From assembly GCF_036251705.1 (NCBI RefSeq), contig NZ_CP133959.1: 24,000 nucleotides of DNA; one strand, 5' to 3'. The notes under the pieces were generated by a model, which did no database searches, was not told the DNA's origin, and was given only the letters and a program-made list of their open reading frames with translations. The first letter of the stretch is position 1. The number at the start of each line of letters is the position of its first letter. Made by a program: the position numbers and the translations under genes. This DNA comes from Utexia brackfieldae. Lineage in GTDB: Bacteria; Pseudomonadota; Gammaproteobacteria; Enterobacterales; Orbaceae. This document shows, one piece after another, positions 1-8,580 of this stretch.

Positions 1-16
1 TATCTAAGGATTCCAA

Positions 17-781
17 ATGACCGATTATGCTGTTTTCCCTGAGCAGCGTCAGGCGCGGATTGGCCAGCTGCTGGCTGAGACTGGCCGGGTGATGTGTGCC
101 GACCTGGCGCGTAAGCTTGGTGTGTCGGAACATACCATTCGTCGTGATTTGCAGGTCCTGGCCAGCCAGGGGCTGTGTAAAAAAGTGTATGGCGGGGCGG
201 TGAGTCAGATGAAACAGTCGGCCAGTTTTGAGGTGCGCGCCTCACAACATGTGGCTGAAAAGGCGCAGGTGGCGAAAAGCTGTGCCCAGCTGCTTAAGGC
301 CGATAGCTGTGTGTTTATCGATGCCGGCTCCACCTATCTGGCGATGGTCGAGCTGATGCCGCTAACGCTCGCCTTGACCATTGTCACCAACTCACCGCAG
401 ATTGCTGCTGCGCTGGCCAGTCGCCCTCAAATCGAGCTGATCCTGCTGGGCGGTAAAGTCAATCCGCTGACCGGTAGTACGCTGGGGGCGGATACCGCCA
501 AACAGCTCACCGGCATGGTGTTTGATCAAACCTTTATTGGTGTGTGCGGGCTCGATCCGCAGGCGGGTCTGACTGCGGTCTATTATGAGGATGCCTGCTT
601 TAAGCGTGAGGTGCTCAGTCAGAGTAATCAGGTGATTGCGGCGGTGACGGCCGATAAGCTGCCGCAGGTAGCCCGCTATCGGGTGGCTAGCTGTGATGAG
701 ATCGATATTGCGGTGGTGAGTCAACAGACCGATATCAGCGCGTTCAGTCAGGTTAATCTGCCGATTGTGGTGGCCGAATAA
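17..781 (+). CDS. DeoR-family transcriptional regulator
   Basis: 254-aa ORF. The N-terminus (RIGQLLAETGRVMCADLARKLGVSEHTIRRDLQVLASQGL) is a classic DeoR-type HTH, and the C-terminal two thirds look like a DeoR_C sugar-phosphate sensor domain. TAAGGA lies 6 nt upstream of the ATG at 17. Confidence 0.85.
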   Translation: MTDYAVFPEQRQARIGQLLAETGRVMCADLARKLGVSEHTIRRDLQVLASQGLCKKVYGGAVSQMKQSASFEVRASQHVAEKAQVAKSCAQLLKADSCVFIDAGSTYLAMVELMPLTLALTIVTNSPQIAAALASRPQIELILLGGKVNPLTGSTLGADTAKQLTGMVFDQTFIGVCGLDPQAGLTAVYYEDACFKREVLSQSNQVIAAVTADKLPQVARYRVASCDEIDIAVVSQQTDISAFSQVNLPIVVAE

Positions 782-797
782 ACCTGACTGGCCGTGA

Positions 798-1607
798 TTA
801 GGCTTGTAAGGCCAGTATCCGCTCGATGGTCGAGAGTACTGCCTGCTCCTCGTTACTGCCGGTAATAAACTGCGCGGCGGCCTGCGTTTCGGCAAAGGCA
901 TTGCGCATCGCAAAGCTATAGTCAGCTGCAGCCAGTAGCTCCAGATCATTATAGCCATCACCAAAGGCCATGGTTTCAGTACGGCTGACATGGAGCTGGG
1001 TTTGTAACTTAGCTACGGTACTGCCTTTATGCACGCCAAAGGCGGTAATATCAATCCAGGCCGCTTCCGACACCACAATATAAGCCTCTTGCTCATAGAT
1101 AGTCAGGCAGGGACGGGTTTGCGGACAGGTGCCGGCTTCATCATAGACGGTGATTTTCAGCAGATCATCATGCAGCTCAGCGAAACTATCTACTTGTGAG
1201 AGGTGGGTATAGGACTGACGAATCTTCTCTTTGAGATGCACCGCTGTATCCCGGCGGATCACAGCACTTTGTTCAGTACAGGCGATAATCACGTGATTGG
1301 CATTAGCCTGCTCAAGGGTCTTGATGATACGAAGCGCCAGCGCATTGTCAATTAATGACTGCTCAATCACTTTACCATTACGTTTGATCCGGGTAGCACT
1401 GTCACCAATAATCCAGACATCGTGCGCCATCTCACCCAACAGCTCTTCAACTCGTTCACACTGTTTACCGGTACAAGCGGCAAACTGGACACCTTTTTTA
1501 GCCATCAGCGCTTTAACTTGGGCAAATCTTGCCCGATCATAGTCGCCCTGATTATTCAGAAAGGTGCCATCTAAATCGGTGATAATTAACTTAATCATTA
1601 GCTTCAT
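798..1607 (-). CDS. Cof-type HAD-IIB sugar phosphatase (YbiV/YidA-like)
   Basis: 269-aa ORF with HAD motif I (ITDLDGTFL) and motif IV (FGDGYNDLELL), and overall colinearity with E. coli Cof/YbiV-type phosphatases. An alternative start is the ATG at 1598 (MIKLIITDLDGT). Confidence 0.85.
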   Translation of the reverse strand: MKLMIKLIITDLDGTFLNNQGDYDRARFAQVKALMAKKGVQFAACTGKQCERVEELLGEMAHDVWIIGDSATRIKRNGKVIEQSLIDNALALRIIKTLEQANANHVIIACTEQSAVIRRDTAVHLKEKIRQSYTHLSQVDSFAELHDDLLKITVYDEAGTCPQTRPCLTIYEQEAYIVVSEAAWIDITAFGVHKGSTVAKLQTQLHVSRTETMAFGDGYNDLELLAAADYSFAMRNAFAETQAAAQFITGSNEEQAVLSTIERILALQA

Positions 1608-2003
1608 CTCATCATTGTTGGTTAGGGAATGAGGCTGTTAATACCGGTTACTGCACTGGCTTAACGGCCACGTAATCGCGATACTCTCACAGTCATGAGT
1701 CACTGAAATACTGTAGCAGTGATTGCTCGATTATGCAATATTATGTTGCTTTGTGCTTCATTACTCTTTATCGGTTGAAGTTGAAAACGTATGCTCGCGT
1801 CTGTTGAACAAATGCAGGTATCAAGAACATAGCAGCCGATAGGCGTGTTATGAAGGGGAGAGGCGTTAAAATCATTCGGCTGGCTGTTGGTAGCTTGGCG
1901 AAACTAATGTGATCCATCCGGACGATGAGTTATTCGCTAGAACAACACGCCCGCCAACAAGGCCAGCGTGTTAATCAATGAGTCGGGTGCATGAAGATGA
2001 GCA

Positions 2004-3137
2004 TTATTCTGCAGGGGTACTGAGCAAAGGGCGAATACGCAAGGCAAGCAGGGCGGCCACAATGACCAGCGCCGTGACAAACATAAAACCGTGCGCAATC
2101 GAGCTTTGCTGAGCAAGATAACCAATCATCGCCGGACCCGCTAATATACCGATATAGCCTAAAGTCGTGACTGCTGGTACCGCCACCATCTGTGGCATAC
2201 TGGTCTGTTTACCGATTTGTGAGAACATCACCGGGACAATATTAGCCGATCCCAAGCCAATGAGTAAATAACCCAGCAGCAGCAAAATCAGTGGATCTGC
2301 GTAAATCACCAGCATAAAACCGATAACCGCGAGTAACGCTCCGCTTAACACGACTTTCAGCGCACTCAATCTCCCCACAATCAGGTCACCGGTCAGACGA
2401 CCGACCGTCATCGCAATAGCAAAAGCAGCAAAGCCTAATCCACCTAAGGTTTCCGGAATATGGCGACTTTCTACCAGATAGAGCGCACTCCAGTCCATCA
2501 CCGTCCCTTCGGCCATAAAAATAATAAAACAGATTAAGCCGAGAATTAAGACCGTGCCTTTGGGCCAGGCAAAAATAGGCCCTTCGGCAGGATTAGCATA
2601 GGGTAGGAGTGCACGATAACTCAGGAGTAATAGAATGAGCACCATGAAGGTTACGATGAGGGTTGCAATAACCACACTCAGGCCAAGACTCATCAGTCCA
2701 GTCATGCTGGCCGCCCCAGCAATGCCACCCACACTAAACAGACCATGAAAACCTGACATCAACGGCTTTGCTGAGGATTTTTCAATCAAAATCGCTTGCA
2801 CGTTTATTGCGCAATCGGTAATTCCAATGCCGATACCAAAAATCAGCAAACTGACACCTAATAGTAACGGACTACTTAGCCATGATAGGCCCGGCATCGC
2901 CAATAGGATAATCGCTACCGCTACGCCAATCACTTTTTGGCAACCAAAACGCGAAGTGAGTAACCCGGTCAGTGGCATAGCAATCAAGGCACCGCCGCCT
3001 AGGCATAATAGCAGCGTGCCCAGCACCGCATCATTCACACCAGTATTCATTTTGGCAAACGGCACTAATACCGCCCAGGTAGCGGTGACAACGCCAGCGA
3101 TAAAAAAGATCACTCTGGTGGCCATTTTTTCATTCAT
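2004..3137 (-). CDS. MFS transporter (YbjJ-like subfamily), substrate unknown
   Basis: 377-aa highly hydrophobic ORF with a ~12-TM appearance. It resembles E. coli YbjJ-type MFS proteins. GGAG lies 8 nt upstream of the ATG at 3137. Confidence 0.8.
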   Translation of the reverse strand: MNEKMATRVIFFIAGVVTATWAVLVPFAKMNTGVNDAVLGTLLLCLGGGALIAMPLTGLLTSRFGCQKVIGVAVAIILLAMPGLSWLSSPLLLGVSLLIFGIGIGITDCAINVQAILIEKSSAKPLMSGFHGLFSVGGIAGAASMTGLMSLGLSVVIATLIVTFMVLILLLLSYRALLPYANPAEGPIFAWPKGTVLILGLICFIIFMAEGTVMDWSALYLVESRHIPETLGGLGFAAFAIAMTVGRLTGDLIVGRLSALKVVLSGALLAVIGFMLVIYADPLILLLLGYLLIGLGSANIVPVMFSQIGKQTSMPQMVAVPAVTTLGYIGILAGPAMIGYLAQQSSIAHGFMFVTALVIVAALLALRIRPLLSTPAE

Positions 3138-3811
3138 CGATCAAACTCCATGATTAAATCTATTTGTTATTCGGAGAACCGTTATGCGGTTATCTTATTT
3201 GGACATATTATGAACGTATATTATTAACATATATCAGTAAGGTAGATTATTCAGCTATCCTATTCAAGATAGCTGATTCAGAGACAGTGATCAGAGAAGA
3301 TTCATTTCCAATACTTATCCGGGCAACTGTGCCTGATATCGATTTCACTGTTCATATCGTTAGCGCGATTATGATCTATCTTGCCGGATTGTGCAATATC
3401 GGCCAGGACGATAGTTACCCAATCGCAAATCTCAATACTAGCGAGACGTTATAAACAATCGTATCGCTAAGCTGTTATCGATTAACCTTACTCAAACGCC
3501 GGGCAATCGTGATTAACCGTTGTGAGATATCTGTGACCTAAAACCGTGAAATATCGGCATCAGTATCAACATGACGATGTAAGTTTTGGCTGACAGATAA
3601 GCGAAAGGTGATTTTAGGTCATCAGATGATGGTTTATCAGCTTAAAAAAAATCAACAAACATTGACAATATACGGGTTTATTGAGCGTACTAAAAAAGAG
3701 AAAATTGACGTTTTTTTGGCATAAGCGTAAATAAATCCCGCACCACTTTTTCAGAAAAGTAAAAAAATTAACTCATTTTTTATACTTTTGCACCAAAATT
3801 GTGCTAAATAA

Positions 3812-3854
3812 TGTGACTTAATTCCCATTTATGAGATATAAATTGCTTTATGAT
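3812..3854 (+). promoter_or_regulatory. Candidate class II CRP-dependent malX promoter (CRP-like site plus -10 hexamer)
   Basis: TGTGA-cttaat-TCCCA at 3812-3827 matches 9/10 of the TGTGA-N6-TCACA core and is centred at 3819.5. TATGAT at 3849-3854 would place a transcription start near 3861, so the CRP site would sit at about -41.5. That is the geometry I recall for the E. coli malX promoter. No -35 element is needed in this promoter class. Confidence 0.35.
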
Positions 3855-3914
3855 CCCATAATCAGGCTATCATATCGCCCGATTTAATTAATAACCTTGA
3901 CGCCAGGAGAGTGT

Positions 3915-5540
3915 ATGTCGGCGAATAAGAAACAAAAAACAGCCCTTTGGGGATTTTTTCAAAGCTTAGGTAAAACTTTTATGCTGCCGGTGGCGCTACT
4001 CTCATTTAGTGGGATTATGCTCGGTATTGGTAGCTCATTAAGCAGTAATAATGTTACCACATTAATTCCATTTTTAGATAAACCGGTCTTCCACCTGATT
4101 TTTACCTGGATGAGTAAAGTCGGCTCATTTGGCTTTGACTTCCTGCCGGTGATGTTCGCTATCGCGATTCCGCTGGGTATGGCGCGCGAAAATAAAGGCG
4201 TTGCCGCTTTTGCCGGTTTTGTCGGTTATACCATCATGAATTTAGCGGTCAATTTCTTTTTAACCGCCAAAGGCATCTTGCCAACCGTCGATCCCACCAT
4301 TTTAGCTGGCCATAATATCAAAATGATTTTAGGCATTGAGTCTATTGATACCGGTATTCTTGGCGCAGTTGCCGTCGGTCTGATTGTCTATTACCTGCAT
4401 GAACGTTTTCATACCATCCGTTTACCCGATGCACTGGCATTTTTTGGTGGCGCGCGTTTTGTGCCGATTATCACAGCCGTGGTACTGGGTCTGGTTGGGT
4501 TAATTGTGCCACTACTTTGGCCCTATTTTGCTACGGCAATCAGAGCGCTAGGCCAATTGATTAATGGCGCCGGTGATTTTGGACCGATGATTTTTGGTAC
4601 TGGCGAACGCTTATTGCTGCCGTTTGGTTTACAACATATTTTGGTGGCGATTATTCGCTTTACTGAAGCGGGCGGCACCATGGAAGTGTGTGGTAAAAGT
4701 GTCAGTGGTGCGCTAATTATTTTCCAGTCTCAGCTGGCTTGTCCTGAGGTTCATCACTTCTCTGAAAGTGCCACGCGCTTTTTGTCACAGGGTAAAATGC
4801 CCGCTTTCTTAGGGGGGTTACCTGGAGCGGCGTTAGCCATGTATCAGTGCGCTAAAATTGAAAATCGTCACAAAGTGAAAGGGCTATTTATTTCGGGCAT
4901 TGTGGCTTGTGTCGTCGGTGGCACCACTGAGCCGTTAGAGTTCCTGTTCCTGTTTGTCGCACCACTGCTGTATGTAATTCATGCGCTATTAACTGGCCTT
5001 GGCTTTGCCGTGATGGCGCTGCTGGGTGTCACTATCGGTAATACCGATGGTAATATCATTGATCTGGTGGTGTTTGGGGTGTTACATGGTACGGCAACCA
5101 AATGGTATCTGGTTCCTGTAGTTGCGGCTATCTGGTTTGTGATCTATTACGTGATTTTCCGTTTTGCGATCATGCGTTTTGATATTAAAACACCGGGCCG
5201 TGAAAGCGATACGGTAACGGTCGAACCGACAGCTGAACCGACAACCTCAGCGACCGCAACCGAGAAAACAGCTACAGCAGTGGTCGGTAAATCGGGTTAT
5301 AATGGCGCAGCGATTTTAGCCGCCTTAGGGGGGGCTGCAAATATCGAGACACTGGATAACTGTATTACGCGCCTGCGACTATCGGTGAAAGATATGAGTC
5401 TGGTCAATGATGCAGCTTTAAAAGCCCATCGCGCATTGGGCGTTGTGCATGTTAACGATCATGATTTACAAGTGGTGATCGGTACGCAGGTTCAGTCAGT
5501 GAAGGATGATCTTGAGGCGTTAATGTCAAATCGCGCTTAA
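3915..5540 (+). CDS. malX: PTS system EIICB component, maltose/glucose-family (MalX)
   Basis: Near-colinear match to E. coli MalX across the whole length (LWGFFQSLGKTFMLPVALLSFSGIMLGIGSSLSS..., ...LDNCITRLRLSVKDMSLVN... EIIB Cys motif). The start is refined from the TTG at 3897 to the ATG at 3915, which follows AGGAG with a 6-nt spacer. Confidence 0.92.
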   Translation: MSANKKQKTALWGFFQSLGKTFMLPVALLSFSGIMLGIGSSLSSNNVTTLIPFLDKPVFHLIFTWMSKVGSFGFDFLPVMFAIAIPLGMARENKGVAAFAGFVGYTIMNLAVNFFLTAKGILPTVDPTILAGHNIKMILGIESIDTGILGAVAVGLIVYYLHERFHTIRLPDALAFFGGARFVPIITAVVLGLVGLIVPLLWPYFATAIRALGQLINGAGDFGPMIFGTGERLLLPFGLQHILVAIIRFTEAGGTMEVCGKSVSGALIIFQSQLACPEVHHFSESATRFLSQGKMPAFLGGLPGAALAMYQCAKIENRHKVKGLFISGIVACVVGGTTEPLEFLFLFVAPLLYVIHALLTGLGFAVMALLGVTIGNTDGNIIDLVVFGVLHGTATKWYLVPVVAAIWFVIYYVIFRFAIMRFDIKTPGRESDTVTVEPTAEPTTSATATEKTATAVVGKSGYNGAAILAALGGAANIETLDNCITRLRLSVKDMSLVNDAALKAHRALGVVHVNDHDLQVVIGTQVQSVKDDLEALMSNRA

Positions 5541-5699
5541 TTCACGATAATTCGGATTATCAACGGGTCTCTTCTGATTTATTCAAAAGGGGCCCTTTGT
5601 GTTAATTTAGTCTGTGTTAAATGGCATAATTATTTAATCAGTATTGATCAAAGCTCCATTTAAGCTTAATCAACAGTTAATCAAGAAAGGGGTTGAACC

Positions 5700-6917
5700 A
5701 TGTTTGACTTTGATACGCCGGTCGACCGTCACGGTACCTGGTGCACCCAATGGGATTATGTCGCTGACCGTTTTGGATCAGCGGATTTATTACCTTTTAC
5801 CATCTCGGATATGGATTTTGCTACCGCTCCGTGTATTTTAACCGCCCTACAAGCGCGCTTACAGCATGGGGTGTTAGGTTATAGTCGCTGGCAGCATGAG
5901 GATTTTTTAGGGGCGATTCGTCACTGGATGCAAACTCGCTTTCATTATCACTGCGACACGGCGCAGGTGGTGTACGGACCGTCCGTTATCTATATGGTGG
6001 GGCAGCTGATTCAGATCTGGTCTAATCCGCATGACGGTATCGTCACCCATACGCCGTGTTACGATGCGTTTTATAAAGTGGTCGAAGGTAATGAGCGTAA
6101 GCTGGTGACCTGTCCGCTGACGAAGCAAGGTAACGACTGGCAGTGTGATATGTCGGTGCTGGAAGCGCTATTATCACAGCCACAGAATAAGATTTTACTG
6201 CTGTGTAGTCCGCAAAACCCGACCGGTAAAGTCTGGACCCGACAAGAGCTCGAACATATTGCTGATCTCTGTCAGCGTCATGATGTGAAGGTGATCAGTG
6301 ATGAGATCCATATGGATATGCTCTGGGATGATCAGCAGCACATCCCTTGGGGCGCAGTGGCTAAAAATGAGTGGGCGCTGTTAACCTCGGCATCGAAAAG
6401 TTTTAATATTCCAGCTTTAACCGGTGCGTATGGGTTTATCAGTGATAAAGCCAGCCGTGATCAGTACCTGTTTCATCTTAAGAATCGTGATGGTTTATCT
6501 TCACCGGCGATTCTGGCGATTATTGCCCATATTGCCGCCTATCGCGAGGGCCATGTTTGGCTCGATAGCTTAAGGCCTTATCTGCAGGCCAATCTCGCCT
6601 ACGTGGCGCAGCGTCTTAATCAGGCATTTCCTGAGTTAAACTGGGCCGTGCCACAGGCGACCTATTTAGCCTGGATTGATTTACGCCCACTGGCTATTGA
6701 AGATCAGTTACTGCAAAAAGTGTTGATTGAACAGGAAAAAGTGGCCATTATGCCAGGATACACCTATGGTGAAGAGGGGCGCGGTTTTATTCGTCTTAAC
6801 GTCGGCTGTCCGCGCGTCAAGGTAGAAGCGGGTGTGACCGCCTTGATTCAAGCCATTAGCAAGCTAAAACAGGATACCTGTACCACTGGGACTGTAAATA
6901 AGACGACAGATAAGTAA
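5700..6917 (+). CDS. malY: PLP-dependent C-S beta-lyase / MalT-regulon modulator MalY
   Basis: The 405-aa ORF starts MFDFDTPVDRHGTWCTQWDYVADRFGSADLLPFTISDMDFATAPCI, almost identical to the E. coli MalY N-terminus. It carries the SASKSFNIPALTGAY PLP-lysine region. RBS AAAGGGG precedes the start. Confidence 0.92.
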   Translation: MFDFDTPVDRHGTWCTQWDYVADRFGSADLLPFTISDMDFATAPCILTALQARLQHGVLGYSRWQHEDFLGAIRHWMQTRFHYHCDTAQVVYGPSVIYMVGQLIQIWSNPHDGIVTHTPCYDAFYKVVEGNERKLVTCPLTKQGNDWQCDMSVLEALLSQPQNKILLLCSPQNPTGKVWTRQELEHIADLCQRHDVKVISDEIHMDMLWDDQQHIPWGAVAKNEWALLTSASKSFNIPALTGAYGFISDKASRDQYLFHLKNRDGLSSPAILAIIAHIAAYREGHVWLDSLRPYLQANLAYVAQRLNQAFPELNWAVPQATYLAWIDLRPLAIEDQLLQKVLIEQEKVAIMPGYTYGEEGRGFIRLNVGCPRVKVEAGVTALIQAISKLKQDTCTTGTVNKTTDK

Positions 6918-7064
6918 CGTAGTCAATCAACCCTATTTTAATCATTGGTAGAGATTGACTTAGTCAGCGGAGATTCGACGCTTTGCTCAGCATCTCTATC
7001 CCGTCAGCGATCATCTTGTTACCAGATAGTGATCGCCGGCGAATTGGAAATTTTCGAGGTCAGC

Positions 7065-8234
7065 ATGCAAAAAATGATAAACGGCATACAACACTATGCC
7101 TGGGGCAGCCACACCGCCTTAACCGAACTGTATGGCATCAGCAATCCGGATAACCAGCCGATGGCTGAAATCTGGATGGGCGCACATCCCTTATGTAGTT
7201 CTCAAATTGTTAGTCAGGGGCAGACGCGCGCACTGCGTGACGTGATAGCCAGTGATCCAGATCAGTATTTAGGTAAACGGATCAATCAACATTTTGGTGA
7301 GCTGCCGTTTCTGTTTAAAGTGCTCTGTGCCGGCCAGCCGCTCTCAATTCAGGTTCATCCGAGTAAACATGCCGCAGAAATCGGTTTTGCGCGCGAAAAT
7401 GCCGCCGGCATTGCTTTAACCTCGCCACAGCGTAACTATAAAGATGCCAATCATAAGCCAGAGCTGGTGTTTGCCTTAACGCCGTTCTGGGCGATGAATG
7501 GTTTTCGTGAGTTTAATGAAATTGCCCAGTTGTTAAAACCGGTGCAAGCGGCCCATCCGGCCTTAGCCGAATTTATTGCTCAGCCCGATGCGACGCATTT
7601 ATCGCAGTTATTCAGTACCTTATTGTCGCTCAGTGGCGATGAGAAGCAGCAGGCTTTAGCGGTGCTACAGCAGCAAATCGATAAGCAACAAGGGCTACCT
7701 TGGGAGGCGATTCGGCTGATTCAGGTTTTTTATCCGGATGATAGTGGCCTGTTCTCACCCCTGTTATTAAATGTGGTCCGACTTGAACCAGGGCAAGCGA
7801 TGTTTTTATATGCCGAGACGCCACATGCCTATTTACAAGGGGTTGGCTTAGAGGTTATGGCCAATTCGGATAACGTGCTACGAGCAGGATTAACACCGAA
7901 ATATATTGATATTCCTGAACTGATTGCCAATGTTAAGTTTGTGGCCAAGCCGGAACAGGAGATATTAATGGCGCCGCAGGTGTCAGGTGAGGTGACTGAG
8001 TATCCGATTCCGGTTGCCGACTTTGCCTTTTCACTTTATCAAGTGCATGGTAAAGCGGTCGAACTGGCGCAGGATAGTGCCGCGATCATCTTCTGCCTGT
8101 CTGGCCAGATTGAGGTGAGTAAGGCCGCTGAAAAAGTGACGCTGAAGCCTGGCGAATCCTGTTTTGTTGCGGCCAATGAGTCACCAGTCTGGATTGAGGG
8201 TGAAGGGCAAGCGGCCAGAGTTTACAATAAATAA
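7065..8234 (+). CDS. manA: Mannose-6-phosphate isomerase, class I
   Basis: From the ATG at 7065 the protein reads MQKMINGIQHYAWGSHTALTELYG... and aligns end to end with E. coli ManA (QVHPSKH, ANSDNVLRAGLTPKYIDIPEL, ARVYNK*). The 40 upstream codons in the ORF track (6945 onward) have no homology, so the start is refined to 7065. Confidence 0.93.
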   Translation: MQKMINGIQHYAWGSHTALTELYGISNPDNQPMAEIWMGAHPLCSSQIVSQGQTRALRDVIASDPDQYLGKRINQHFGELPFLFKVLCAGQPLSIQVHPSKHAAEIGFARENAAGIALTSPQRNYKDANHKPELVFALTPFWAMNGFREFNEIAQLLKPVQAAHPALAEFIAQPDATHLSQLFSTLLSLSGDEKQQALAVLQQQIDKQQGLPWEAIRLIQVFYPDDSGLFSPLLLNVVRLEPGQAMFLYAETPHAYLQGVGLEVMANSDNVLRAGLTPKYIDIPELIANVKFVAKPEQEILMAPQVSGEVTEYPIPVADFAFSLYQVHGKAVELAQDSAAIIFCLSGQIEVSKAAEKVTLKPGESCFVAANESPVWIEGEGQAARVYNK

Positions 8235-8254
8235 GTCATTGGGCATAAAAAACC

Positions 8255-8290
8255 GCTCAGCATTGAGCCGCAGCGCTAAAACTGCGGCTT
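8255..8290. terminator. Terminator-like double hairpin downstream of manA (orientation ambiguous)
   Basis: GCTCA-gcat-TGAGC (8255-8268) is preceded by A6. GCCGCAG-cgctaaaa-CTGCGGC (8267-8288) is followed by TTGCTG. On the plus strand the U-tract is poor. On the minus strand the small hairpin is followed by GGTTTTTTAT. Confidence 0.35.
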
Positions 8291-8580
8291 GCTGAATCAC
8301 TCTCGCTGACAAGCTTGGTGTTTCAGCAAGCTGTCGGCAACCTGGGCGGTCATTGCAGAGCAACTAATCAATGCAGCCGCTCTCTCACTGTGTGCTAACC
8401 TATTTAACTGAAACGGCTCGTTTTTTGCACTAAAATAGTGTCAGTCACACAACCTACCCCGGTAAATCGTTCAGCGCCAAACGGCGCGATTTTTATGCTC
8501 ACACTGATCACTATTGCGTAATATCATTGCCCTAAAATCACTGCCCTTAAATCTACGAAAGATGCTATGATAGGGCGCCT

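Noticed and set aside
392-991. 199-aa minus-strand ORF overlapping the DeoR gene and the 3' end of the HAD phosphatase gene
   Set aside because: It is antisense to two ORFs with clear homology. Its translation is Arg/Pro/Leu-rich with no recognisable domain, which is typical of a spurious open frame in GC-rich coding DNA.
3164-3454. 96-aa plus-strand ORF in the MFS / malX spacer
   Set aside because: It has a TTG start, no Shine-Dalgarno sequence and no recognisable homology, and it lies in AT-rich regulatory DNA. I cannot support it as a gene.
3626-3724. 32-aa small ORF (MMVYQLKKNQQTLTIYGFIERTKKEKIDVFLA) upstream of malX, considered as a possible leader peptide
   Set aside because: The only purine-rich stretch (AAGGTG) is 15 nt from the ATG, and the ORF has no hydrophobic or regulatory-codon signature. 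An open frame of this size is expected by chance.
3138-3896. Possible decayed malI (LacI-family) pseudogene on the minus strand
   Set aside because: Manual translation of parts of the minus strand (about 3300-3480 and 3600-3780) gave only short frames broken by stops, with nothing resembling the MalI HTH (KKITIHDVALAAGVSVSTVS). This still needs a TBLASTN search to be certain.
8181-8363. 60-aa minus-strand ORF in the manA / Set spacer
   Set aside because: It has a TTG start, reads through the terminator hairpins and runs into the 3' end of manA, and it has no RBS. The region is better explained as structured non-coding DNA.
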